Shown: positions 27,367-35,627 of the stretch, piece after piece
Layout: each line of letters starts with the position of its first letter
How positions within the stretch are numbered: position 1 is the stretch's first letter
Assembly: GCA_045617485.1 (NCBI GenBank)
Contig: JAZLIR010000004.1
Span: 13,475-77,474, forward strand
Origin: Bacteroidaceae bacterium
GTDB lineage: Bacteria; Bacteroidota; Bacteroidia; Bacteroidales; Bacteroidaceae
DNA: 64,000 nt
Reading direction: 5' to 3'
Notes under the pieces: model-generated
The model's database searches: none
What the model saw: the letters and a program-made list of their open reading frames with translations, nothing else
Told to the model about the DNA's origin: nothing
Program-made: the position numbers and the translations under genes

Positions 27367-30012
27367 TTACAGCACCTCAAAGTCAATTGTCTGAAGATCC
27401 TTGTCGGCCGATGAAGAACCGTACAGAAGTTGATACCTGCCGCTGAAGGTCGATACCTCGTCGATTGACTCATCGTAATACTGGAAGTTCTTTCCTGTAA
27501 GCTCGATCACTGCGTTTGCAGTCTCGCCGGCCTTGAGAGCCACGCGCTTGAAGCCCTGCAGACCCTTGATAGGAGCTGCCGGATTGTCAAGGCTCTTGAC
27601 ATACAGCTGGACAATCTCAACACCGTCACGCTTGCCGGTATTGGTAACGGGAATGGTAACGGTAACCTTGCCGTTCTTCTTCATCGAAGCCTTTGAAACC
27701 TTAGCCTGGCCGTACTTGTAAGTAGTATAGCTCAGACCGTAGCCGAACACGTACAGAGGCTCGCCACGGAAGTAGCGGTATGTACGGCCCTCCATAGAGT
27801 AGTCAAGGAAGTCAGGAAGCTGGTCCGTTGATTTGTAGAATGTTACAGGAAGCTTGGCCGACGGGTTGCAGTCACCGTTAAGAATCTCGGCAAGGGCCTG
27901 TGCACCGCCCTGACCCGGATACCATGCCTGAATAAGGGCATCAAGCTGATCCTCTATGCTGCCGAATCCCATGCACGAGCCGGCACAGTCAACAAAGATA
28001 ACAGGCTTGCCGGTAGCGTGCATAGCCTTTACAAGACGCTGCTGGACGGCCGGAATCTCAATGTCGGGTTTGTCACCGCCCTCGCCTTCCATTGAAGGAG
28101 TGATGCCACCTATTACTATAATGGCATCGACATTCTGACTCTTGAGTCTGGCAGCAAGGTCAGTGAATTCAGCAAGTGCCTGCTTGCAGATCTGTGCAGA
28201 CAGACGTGCAAACTGACCGGTGGCGTGAGTGTATTCAATTCTTATGTCGTATGTCTGACCCTTCTCAACCGGGAATGACTTGAGCTGTTGCTGCTGGCCA
28301 CCGCCAAAGCCGCCAAAACCACCAAAGCCGCCGAAACCGCCAAAACCACCGCGGCCGGCCTGACCTTCTTCAACCAGTTCACCGTTAACAAACAGCTTGA
28401 AGCCGTTGTCTCCGCTTATGTTGTAGTTCATGTCACCTGAGAAAGGAGCCACCAGCTTACCGGTAAGACGTACCGAGAAGTTCTCCTTTTCAACGCCGTC
28501 GGCAAAGTTGTAAGCGCCGAAGGTCGAGAAGTTAACCTCCTTGTAGCTGCCAGTAACATCGGGATTGCCGCTGAACTCAGTGTTGTTCCAGAACTCGGCC
28601 TTGAAGCCCTGACCGCCGTTCAGATCCTGAGCGTACTGTGTGGTGTAGTAGTCGTTGCGGATTTCACATGCCTTGTCATAAATGATTTCGGTATTCGGGA
28701 AATACTTCTTTATACCGTCAAGCAGCGAACGCGTGTGTGCATCGGTAGGATTGCCGCCGTATTCACCGTTCATCATATTCCTGTCGTCAGCATTCGGACC
28801 TACAACTGCCAGCTTCTTTACATTCTTGCTGAGCGGAAGAACGCCGTTGTTCTTGAGCAGAACCATTGACTGGCGTGCAGCCTCAACTGCCAGTTCGTCA
28901 TTGGCCTCGCTGCTTATCACGTCCTCACCCAGGTTTGCCCACGGAAGCATCTCGGCCGGGTCGAACATACCCAGTTCGAAACGTCCTGTCAGAACGCGGC
29001 GCAGAGCCACATCAATGTCGGCCTCGCTTATCTTACCGTCCTCAAGACCGCCGACCAGGCTCATAAATGCCTTGCCGCACTCCAGGTCGGTACCTGAAAG
29101 AACAGCATCAACGCTGGCCGATACTGCATCGGGATGGGTACCGTGCTGGTTCTTGTTGTAGAAGTTATTAATGGCATCGCAGTCGGTAAGGATAATGGCC
29201 TTGAAGCCCCACTTCTCACGCAGTATGTTGGTAAGCAGACGGTCGCTTGCGCAACAGGGGTCACCCTCATAGCGGTTGTATGCGCACATAACCTCCTGAA
29301 CGTTTCCTTCCTGAACCAGTGCCTTGAAGGCAGGCAGGTAGGTTTCCCAGAGGTCACGCATGGACACGTTTGCGTCGTAACGGTGACGCTGTGCTTCAGG
29401 ACCGCTGTGCACGGCGTAATGCTTTGCGCAGGCGTGTGTCTTGTAGTACTTCTTGTCATTGCCCTGCATACCCTTAACGTTGGCAACACCCAGAACGCTC
29501 ATGTGGTACGGGTCCTCGCCGTAAGCCTCCTGGCCGCGTCCCCAGCGCGGGTCACGGAAAATGTTCACGTTAGGGCACCAGTATGTAAGCTCCGGATTGC
29601 CCGGGTTGTACTGCTGACCCATTCCAACGTTGAAAATGTCATGGTTGGAGCGGTTCCAGTTTGCACGGGCTTCGTCGGATACTGCCGTAAACACATCATA
29701 AACCAGCTGTTCGTTGAACGATGCGCCCATGCCTATAGGCTGCGGGAATACTGTGTAGCCACCCTGACGTACGCCATGGCAGGCTTCGTTCCACCAGTTG
29801 TACGACGGGATGCCCAGACGATCAACCGATATTGACTTGTTCATGATAAGACCCACTTTCTCCTCGGGAGTAAGTAGCGACATAAGGTTCTCAACGCGCT
29901 TCTCGGTCTTTAGTTTGGGATCCTGGAAAGGATACTCATACTTTCCAGCGCTGGTCAGTGCCATAACGGCTGCTGCCATTGCAACGGTAACAGTAAGTTT
30001 TCTCATATACAA
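27367..30012 (-). CDS. glycoside hydrolase family 3 beta-glucosidase/beta-xylosidase (BglX-like) with inserted PA14 domain carrying a (GGF)n low-complexity loop
   Basis: 881 aa, signal peptide, GH3 N- and C-domains, PA14 segment (FSVRLTGKLVAPFSGDMNYNISGDNGFKLFVNGELV), then GRGGFGGFGGFGGFGGGQQQQ. Confidence 0.9.
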   Translation of the reverse strand: MYMRKLTVTVAMAAAVMALTSAGKYEYPFQDPKLKTEKRVENLMSLLTPEEKVGLIMNKSISVDRLGIPSYNWWNEACHGVRQGGYTVFPQPIGMGASFNEQLVYDVFTAVSDEARANWNRSNHDIFNVGMGQQYNPGNPELTYWCPNVNIFRDPRWGRGQEAYGEDPYHMSVLGVANVKGMQGNDKKYYKTHACAKHYAVHSGPEAQRHRYDANVSMRDLWETYLPAFKALVQEGNVQEVMCAYNRYEGDPCCASDRLLTNILREKWGFKAIILTDCDAINNFYNKNQHGTHPDAVSASVDAVLSGTDLECGKAFMSLVGGLEDGKISEADIDVALRRVLTGRFELGMFDPAEMLPWANLGEDVISSEANDELAVEAARQSMVLLKNNGVLPLSKNVKKLAVVGPNADDRNMMNGEYGGNPTDAHTRSLLDGIKKYFPNTEIIYDKACEIRNDYYTTQYAQDLNGGQGFKAEFWNNTEFSGNPDVTGSYKEVNFSTFGAYNFADGVEKENFSVRLTGKLVAPFSGDMNYNISGDNGFKLFVNGELVEEGQAGRGGFGGFGGFGGFGGFGGGQQQQLKSFPVEKGQTYDIRIEYTHATGQFARLSAQICKQALAEFTDLAARLKSQNVDAIIVIGGITPSMEGEGGDKPDIEIPAVQQRLVKAMHATGKPVIFVDCAGSCMGFGSIEDQLDALIQAWYPGQGGAQALAEILNGDCNPSAKLPVTFYKSTDQLPDFLDYSMEGRTYRYFRGEPLYVFGYGLSYTTYKYGQAKVSKASMKKNGKVTVTIPVTNTGKRDGVEIVQLYVKSLDNPAAPIKGLQGFKRVALKAGETANAVIELTGKNFQYYDESIDEVSTFSGRYQLLYGSSSADKDLQTIDFEVL
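28286..28361 (-). repeat. about five tandem 9-bp units encoding (GGF)n/Q4 inside the GH3 PA14 domain
   Basis: Plus-strand ccaccgccaaagccgccaaaaccaccaaagccgccgaaaccgccaaaacc. Confidence 0.6.
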
Positions 30013-30422
30013 ATATTGATATTGTTGTTTGCGGTTTACCTATGATTTTACAAAAGCAGCGCAATTTAGTCAATATTTCTGTAACAACCACCAAATAGCG
30101 CAATTTGATAGATTTTCATGCCGACGGCAAGGACGTACAGCAACGTTTAATATACTGAAGTTAATTATCAAATTATCAACTATCATCAACATAGCTGTTA
30201 ATACCATCAAAAACACATTAACTTTTTTTAGAAATAAATTTAAGGGCAAAGTGCACAGTATATCAAAAATAGCAGTACTTTTGCGGCGTCAAACGACAAA
30301 TAGGTTATTCTCATAAGCATTAATTGGTTAGTAATTAGGTTAGTAATTGGTTGAGCCCCTAAAATCTGTGAAGACTGTAAGGCTCACTCAGGTTGGGAAA
30401 AGGTCCCACCTGAGGAAAATTG

Positions 30423-30460
30423 AAGAAAAGAAATTCACGAGAGTGAATTCTTTTTTTTAT
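30423..30460. terminator. bidirectional terminator GAAATTCACGAGAGTGAATTC flanked by TTTTTTTT (plus strand) and TCTTTTCTTCAATTTT (minus strand)
   Basis: 8-bp perfect stem with T-runs on both strands, in the middle of a 1.3-kb gene-free gap. Confidence 0.55.
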
Positions 30461-30720
30461 GTATCTGACTCATCCTCATTTTGCGTTAAAATTTCAAACA
30501 CACCTTTTCCATTTGAAACAATATTGGCAGAAAATTCACTTTGACATACCTTGAAATGCATCGCCGCCAGAGAAATCCACCTCCATCCCGAAAGTTTTGT
30601 GAAATTCATTAGCGGTCTGCCGTATCGGCCGCTGTCTTTGCGCCGACATATATTACCAACACATAAAAGCTTTGATAAGTTTACTGTCGCAATTGAGTAT
30701 CGGACGTTACCAGTATTCAT
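30457..30720 (-). CDS. candidate small protein (87 aa, MNTGNVRYSIATVNLSKLLCVGNICRRKDSGRYGRPLMNF...EILTQNEDESDT), part of a putative cryptic transcription unit
   Basis: ORF is bracketed exactly by the terminator (stop 3 nt from the hairpin) and by a 22-bp perfect palindrome 13 nt upstream of its ATG. A consensus TACCTTTG box lies at 30761-30768 (minus strand). No homolog recognised. Confidence 0.35.
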   Translation of the reverse strand: MNTGNVRYSIATVNLSKLLCVGNICRRKDSGRYGRPLMNFTKLSGWRWISLAAMHFKVCQSEFSANIVSNGKGVFEILTQNEDESDT

Positions 30721-30733
30721 AAGATAGGAATAA

Positions 30734-30755
30734 CGGAGTATCTCGAGATACTCCG
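30734..30755. promoter_or_regulatory. perfect 22-bp palindrome CGGAGTATCTCGAGATACTCCG (9-bp stem, TCGA loop) between the TACCTTTG box and the small ORF start
   Basis: Read directly from the sequence. Confidence 0.5.
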
Positions 30756-30918
30756 TTGCTCAAAGGTATATAGAAGGGAGAATTACCGCTACTCGGAACA
30801 GATCTGATGCGGTTGCGACATCAAAGCGGGATTCACTTTGCAGTGCTGTTTCTTTTCTTGCGGGCCCAACTAATCATAAATACCGCAGGAACTCAGGCAA
30901 TCAATATCTCGTGGGCTG

Positions 30919-31065
30919 ACCCCATAAGATAGGGAAAGAATCGGGCTTACAGAATCTTCTGAATCCCTATCATCAGCGGAAAATACGCTTTCTCGCTGAC
31001 CGATCCCTTACGATAGGGAGTGAATCTGCGCGACAGCACCGTCTGCGTCCCTATCGTCCACCAGA
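30919..31065. repeat. array of five TCCCTATC(A/G)T sites in both orientations forming two nested hairpins (GATAGGGA...TCCCTATC)
   Basis: Copies at 30722-30729(-), 30928-30935(-), 30964-30971(+), 31014-31021(-) and 31049-31056(+). Direct repeat CATAAGATAGG(G)AA at 30719 and 30923. Confidence 0.45.
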
Positions 31066-31257
31066 CTCATCGCCTACGAATCTATCACCTTCAGGATGAG
31101 CCCGTAGGGTGAGGCCGTAAGAACCGGATATGTGTGCTTGCTGGAACTCAGTTGAGTTTTGGCATTGCGGTAATCGTTGGATTAGTAATAGTGTAACTAT
31201 AAGTCAAACGGCTGCTTGGTGATGGCAGCAATTATGGCGAACAAATATTAACAAAAG

Positions 31258-31297
31258 GAAAGTTGCCAATATCGCGGCACGGTATTGGCAACTTTCA
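31258..31297 (-). terminator. rho-independent terminator of the flotillin operon: 14-bp stem GAAAGTTGCCAATA...TATTGGCAACTTTC followed by CTTTTGTT on the minus strand
   Basis: Long perfect stem 14 nt after the flotillin stop. Confidence 0.65.
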
Positions 31298-31310
31298 GAC
31301 ATGTCATTTA

Positions 31311-32690
31311 TTACTTTTCTTCAATGACCTGGGCTTCGTCATTGGCAGGTTCCTGCTTCTTGGCCAGATAGTTGGGCAGGTCAAGGCCGGCCAGGTTGAA
31401 GAGATCGGACATTGGGGGTACGGACTTCATGAGGCCGCTCAAGAAGTTGGCGGTTGAGCCTTTGCCATCGGCACCGTTGCCTGAATCCCAAACGGTCACG
31501 TTGTCGAACTTGATGCCCTTGACGGCTTCGACCTGAGTCTTGACAAGTTCCGGCATCTTCTCGGACATGAGCAGCATGAATGCCTTGGCGGCATCGCCTC
31601 CGGCAGCCTGTACCATCTTGTCATAACCGGCGGCCTGCTTGGTCAGGATTTCATAGTAGCCCTTGGCTTCGGCCTCCATCTTGGCAAAGATGGCATCGGC
31701 CTCACCCTTGGCACTTACGCGCAGCTTCTCGGCTTCGGCTTCTGCAGCCACGATGATACGTTCCTTTTCAACCTGCTGGGCCACAAGGATGTTGGCCATC
31801 TGGGTTGAACGCTCACGCTCGGCACGGGCGTTTTCAGCGTCGCGCTCGGCCATGTATGCATCCTGCAGGGCCCTGGCCTGCTGTACCTTTTCGGCCGTTA
31901 CAGCCAGACGGTTGGCTTCGGCCTCCTTCTCACGGCGGAAAGCCTCGGAATTTGCTATGTCAACCTTGGCGTTGTTTTCACCCTGTACTGCTATGGCATT
32001 GGCCTGCGAGGTACGGATACGGGTTTCCTTGACGGCTTCGGCCTTACCTATCTCACCGTTTCTGTCCTGCTCGGCTACGCTGACCTTGGCTTCGTTGATG
32101 GCCTTGGCGGCAGCCTCCTTACCCAGAGCCTGGATGTAACCGGACTCGTCCTTGATATCGGTTACGTTCACGTTGATGAGACGCAGGCCGATCTTCTTGA
32201 GTTCAACCTCAACGTTGCCGGCTATCTTCTCAAGGAAGGTGTCGCGGTCGCTGTTAATTTCCTCAATTGACATGGTGGCAATGACCAGACGCAGCTGGCC
32301 GAACAGAATATCGCGTGCCAGTTCCTGGATTTCGTCGGCGCTGAGGCCAAGCAGACGCTCGGCGGCATTGTTCATGCTCTCGCGTTCGGTTGAGATACCT
32401 ACGGTGAAACGGCATGGTACGTCAACGCGGATGTTCTGCTTTGACAGGGCGTTGGTAAGGTTGGCGTCGATTGAGATGGGCGTAAGGCTCAGGTACGAAT
32501 AGTCCTGGATTACAGGCCATACGAACTTGCCGCCGCCATGTATACACTTGGCCGAACCGCCGCCGGTCTTACCGTAAACTACAAGGATTTTGTCCGACGG
32601 ACAACGACGGTAACGTCTGATGATTGTGGCGAACAGTATAAAGAGCACCACAATGCAGATCACTACCAGAAAAGCTAAATTTCCATTCAT
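31311..32690 (-). CDS. flotillin-family SPFH/Band-7 protein (YqiK/FloA-like)
   Basis: N-terminal TM helix, SPFH domain, long Ala/Glu-rich coiled coil; 459 aa. Confidence 0.9.
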   Translation of the reverse strand: MNGNLAFLVVICIVVLFILFATIIRRYRRCPSDKILVVYGKTGGGSAKCIHGGGKFVWPVIQDYSYLSLTPISIDANLTNALSKQNIRVDVPCRFTVGISTERESMNNAAERLLGLSADEIQELARDILFGQLRLVIATMSIEEINSDRDTFLEKIAGNVEVELKKIGLRLINVNVTDIKDESGYIQALGKEAAAKAINEAKVSVAEQDRNGEIGKAEAVKETRIRTSQANAIAVQGENNAKVDIANSEAFRREKEAEANRLAVTAEKVQQARALQDAYMAERDAENARAERERSTQMANILVAQQVEKERIIVAAEAEAEKLRVSAKGEADAIFAKMEAEAKGYYEILTKQAAGYDKMVQAAGGDAAKAFMLLMSEKMPELVKTQVEAVKGIKFDNVTVWDSGNGADGKGSTANFLSGLMKSVPPMSDLFNLAGLDLPNYLAKKQEPANDEAQVIEEK

Positions 32691-32739
32691 ATTGTTTGAT
32701 TTTTTGGTTAGTTGATTCTTTTATGCCGTGTTACGGGGA

Positions 32740-33318
32740 TTATTCTACAAGAAGAAGGTCTTCGCCGAGCACTTCCTTTACGGTGACGTGACCGCCAGTG
32801 GGTATCTGGGTGGCCGAATCGGTGACGGCGTCTATTTCATGGACCGAGCCGTTGACGCTTACCTGCACTATGCCTCGTCCCTGACGCGATTCGGGGATGC
32901 GCAGGTACACGTATGCCTTCCGCCCTACAGTGTCGGCCATCTGGAAGCTGCCGTCATGCGAGAGTTTCATGATGGCGCCGAACATGAGCACAAAGGCCAG
33001 TACAAGCACCAGACCGGTGCCTATGGCCGCAAGCTGCAGCAGCCATGGCTTGTGTATTTCATTATAGAGGAGCACTCCGGCCCAGCCGTATCCCAGGAGG
33101 AAGTTGACAAGGTTGCGGAACGAGAACACTCCGTTGAGACCTCCGTTTTCGGTGGCATCGCCCACCCCGTCCATATCGGCGGGTCCGGCGTCAATGTCCA
33201 TATCGGTTCCAAGTCCGATGAATGTGAGTATGGTCTGAATGAGGAATATCAGCGTGGATATGCCGGCTATCGACCAGAAAAGCCGCTGAAGCGGTTCAAG
33301 TGACATGAAGAATTCCAT
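32740..33318 (-). CDS. NfeD-family membrane protein (YqiJ-like, OB-fold C-terminus), partner of flotillin
   Basis: 192 aa with multi-TM N-terminus and C-terminal beta-rich NfeD-like domain; immediately upstream of the flotillin gene. Confidence 0.78.
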   Translation of the reverse strand: MEFFMSLEPLQRLFWSIAGISTLIFLIQTILTFIGLGTDMDIDAGPADMDGVGDATENGGLNGVFSFRNLVNFLLGYGWAGVLLYNEIHKPWLLQLAAIGTGLVLVLAFVLMFGAIMKLSHDGSFQMADTVGRKAYVYLRIPESRQGRGIVQVSVNGSVHEIDAVTDSATQIPTGGHVTVKEVLGEDLLLVE

Positions 33319-33325
33319 ATATCTC

Positions 33326-33910
33326 TCAGTTTTTTAATTGTCCTATTATGGCATCGCAGCTGCGTATCACGCGGGCACGCATGCCAAGAAGCACCGTTGC
33401 CGCCACGACAAGCACCGCAGCCGCGCCGCACAGTACGTAGGCCGCAGCCCGGCTGCCGTCGGCACAGCGGTATATCTCAATGAACATCCAGGCCACCCAG
33501 ACTACGGCCAGCGGGAGTCCGGTGTTAAGGTGTCTGGCATATTCCATGCGAAAATACTTTATTTTTTCCAATACCGGAAGCATGTCCTTGCCTGCACGGC
33601 CGGCTGCCAGGAAATAACGTCGGTCGCGTATCACACGGCAGCAGATGTAGCCCATATAGATGAACGTGGCACCGCAGAACCACCATGAAGTGCCAAGACA
33701 GATGCGGAAGAATGGAGCGCACAGCATTACTGCAATGCAGCAGAACATAAGACTTGCCTGCTGCTTGTCAATGAATTCCATCTTGCCGCGCACCGAGTCC
33801 AACATAAGCCTGTCGCTGATAATCTCCTGATTGTCCAGCTTCTTCTTGAGCGCCGCATATTCGGTGCGCAACTGTTCCAGTTCGGCCGATGTATTGAGGT
33901 TGTTGTCCAT
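33326..33910 (-). CDS. polytopic membrane protein with N-terminal coiled coil; candidate anti-sigma factor
   Basis: Begins 19 nt after the ECF sigma stop and ends 7 nt before the NfeD start; Cys/Trp-rich TM helices. No family recognised. Confidence 0.45.
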   Translation of the reverse strand: MDNNLNTSAELEQLRTEYAALKKKLDNQEIISDRLMLDSVRGKMEFIDKQQASLMFCCIAVMLCAPFFRICLGTSWWFCGATFIYMGYICCRVIRDRRYFLAAGRAGKDMLPVLEKIKYFRMEYARHLNTGLPLAVVWVAWMFIEIYRCADGSRAAAYVLCGAAAVLVVAATVLLGMRARVIRSCDAIIGQLKN

Positions 33911-33929
33911 AGCTGCTTCTGTTCAGGTT

Positions 33930-34403
33930 TTACATGTTCTTGAGTTTTTCGCGTATGCGGACAAGCCTGACCGACACGTTCTTGGGGCTTATGCCTACAA
34001 TGGCGCCTATTTCGTCATAGCTCATGTTTTCAAGCCACAGGAGTATGATGCTGCGGTCTATGAAGCCCAGTCTGCCTATGCGTTCGCGCAGCTGCCTGAT
34101 CTGCATGGCATCGGCATCGGCGTCGCTGTCAGGACAGATGTCCACGTCAAGCGCCACGCTCTGAGGCTCACGCGACTTTCTCTTCTCGAAATTGAGACAG
34201 GTGTTCAGGCTGACACGCCATATCCAGCTGTTCAGGCTGCTCTCTCCACGAAATGACTCAAAGCCGTTCCACATTCTCACAAGTATTTCCTGAAACAGAT
34301 CGTCAATCTCATCCTTGTCATGAGAAAACATGTAGCACACGGTATAGACGGTGCGTTTGTGTTTGTTCACTATCGTCGTGAACTGACGTTCTTTATCGGT
34401 CAT
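33930..34403 (-). CDS. RNA polymerase sigma-70 factor, ECF subfamily
   Basis: Region 2 (DDLFQEILVRMW) and region 4 HTH (MSYDEIGAIVGISPKNVSVRLVRIREKL). Confidence 0.88.
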   Translation of the reverse strand: MTDKERQFTTIVNKHKRTVYTVCYMFSHDKDEIDDLFQEILVRMWNGFESFRGESSLNSWIWRVSLNTCLNFEKRKSREPQSVALDVDICPDSDADADAMQIRQLRERIGRLGFIDRSIILLWLENMSYDEIGAIVGISPKNVSVRLVRIREKLKNM

Positions 34404-34525
34404 TGCTCAAATGCTTCACATATATGACAACGGCATAACGGAAAAACTACAGCGGGAATCACAAAAATACTAAATCGGCTCACATACAAGGGGCAACGTG
34501 GTAAAAAAAAACATATCTTTGAGGC

Positions 34526-35191
34526 ATGGAATTTTCAATGTATGACACTTTGCTCGGCCTGCCCCTTTTCCAGGGCATGACCAAGTCCGATTTCGACAGT
34601 CTTCTGCAGAAGGTGAAATTGGATTTTGCCCGGTACGAAGACGGCGAGACTGTCATTTCAAGCCACGAGGGCTGCCATCGTTTCGCTTTTCTCATAGGCG
34701 GTACGCTAGAAAGTTCGCGTATGGGCGAAGACGGCCGATTCGAGTTCCGCGAGACAATCAATGCCCCGTGCCTTATTGAGCCCTACTCCATGTTCGGCCG
34801 TGACAACCAGTACCGCCGCAGCTATCGGACAATTGGGAAAGCCAGCATGCTGTTCATAGACAAGCAGTACGTATATACTGAAATAGGCAAATACAACATT
34901 TGCCGCATGAACATGTTGAACATGCTGAGCGGCACGATACAGAAGCTTGACCGCAACATCTGGAGCATGGTGGAAATGACATTGAGAGACAGAATAATAT
35001 GCTTTGTCCGCAGTCTAGCCGATCATCATAAGGGCGAGAAGAAGCTGCTTATAACGATGAATGACCTTGCCGGTCTGATGGATGCTACAAGAATCAATGT
35101 TTCAAGGGTTCTGAACGCTTTGCAGGGACAAGGACTTGTAGTGCTGAGCCGCGGAGGCATAGGCATTCCGTTACTGGAAAATCTGAAATGA
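34526..35191 (+). CDS. Crp/Fnr-family transcriptional regulator
   Basis: cNMP-binding-like beta-roll followed by C-terminal HTH (TMNDLAGLMDATRINVSRVLNALQ). Confidence 0.8.
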   Translation: MEFSMYDTLLGLPLFQGMTKSDFDSLLQKVKLDFARYEDGETVISSHEGCHRFAFLIGGTLESSRMGEDGRFEFRETINAPCLIEPYSMFGRDNQYRRSYRTIGKASMLFIDKQYVYTEIGKYNICRMNMLNMLSGTIQKLDRNIWSMVEMTLRDRIICFVRSLADHHKGEKKLLITMNDLAGLMDATRINVSRVLNALQGQGLVVLSRGGIGIPLLENLK

Positions 35192-35192
35192 C

Positions 35193-35627
35193 ATGAATAA
35201 GGAAAAACAGGCTGCGTACGACAGCCGGTATGCAAGAATGGCCAATATCTGGGCCGAGAATTCATATTGCACCAGGCTCAAGGTCGGTGCGCTGATAGTC
35301 AATGGCAACAAAATCATATCGGACGGCTACAACGGTACTCCGGCAGGTTTCGAAAACATTTGCGAGGACGATGAAAACAAGTCAAAGCCATACGTTCTGC
35401 ACGCCGAAGCCAACGCCATAACAAAACTTGCGCGTTCAACGGACAGCTGCGACGGAGCCACCATGTACGTGTCGGCATCGCCGTGCATCGAATGCGCCAA
35501 GCTCATTATCCAGGCAGGCATAAAGCGGGTGGTATATTGCCAGAAGTACAGGCTGACCGACGGGATTGACCTGCTTGAACGTGCAGGCGTCAAAGTGGAA
35601 TATTTAGACTTGGAAAACCTGAAATGA
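35193..35627 (+). CDS. dCMP deaminase (ComEB-type cytidine/deoxycytidylate deaminase)
   Basis: HAEANAI and SPCIECAK zinc-binding motifs. Confidence 0.88.
   Translation: MNKEKQAAYDSRYARMANIWAENSYCTRLKVGALIVNGNKIISDGYNGTPAGFENICEDDENKSKPYVLHAEANAITKLARSTDSCDGATMYVSASPCIECAKLIIQAGIKRVVYCQKYRLTDGIDLLERAGVKVEYLDLENLK

Noticed and set aside
30029-30316. 95-aa plus-strand ORF in the long intergenic gap
   Set aside because: AT-rich low-complexity translation (KLIIKLSTIINIAVNTIKNTLTFF) of a probable promoter region. There is no terminator or promoter logic, unlike the 30457-30720 candidate.
30013-31310. tmRNA, RNase P RNA, tRNA or CRISPR in the long gap
   Set aside because: No GTTCGA/GTTCAA T-loop, no GTCCGG P4-like motif, no tag-peptide ORF, no regularly spaced direct repeats.
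31663-32139. 158-aa Ala/Ser-rich plus-strand ORF (and 31805-32032, 32152-32502)
   Set aside because: Antisense to the Ala/Glu-rich coiled coil of flotillin; a shadow ORF.
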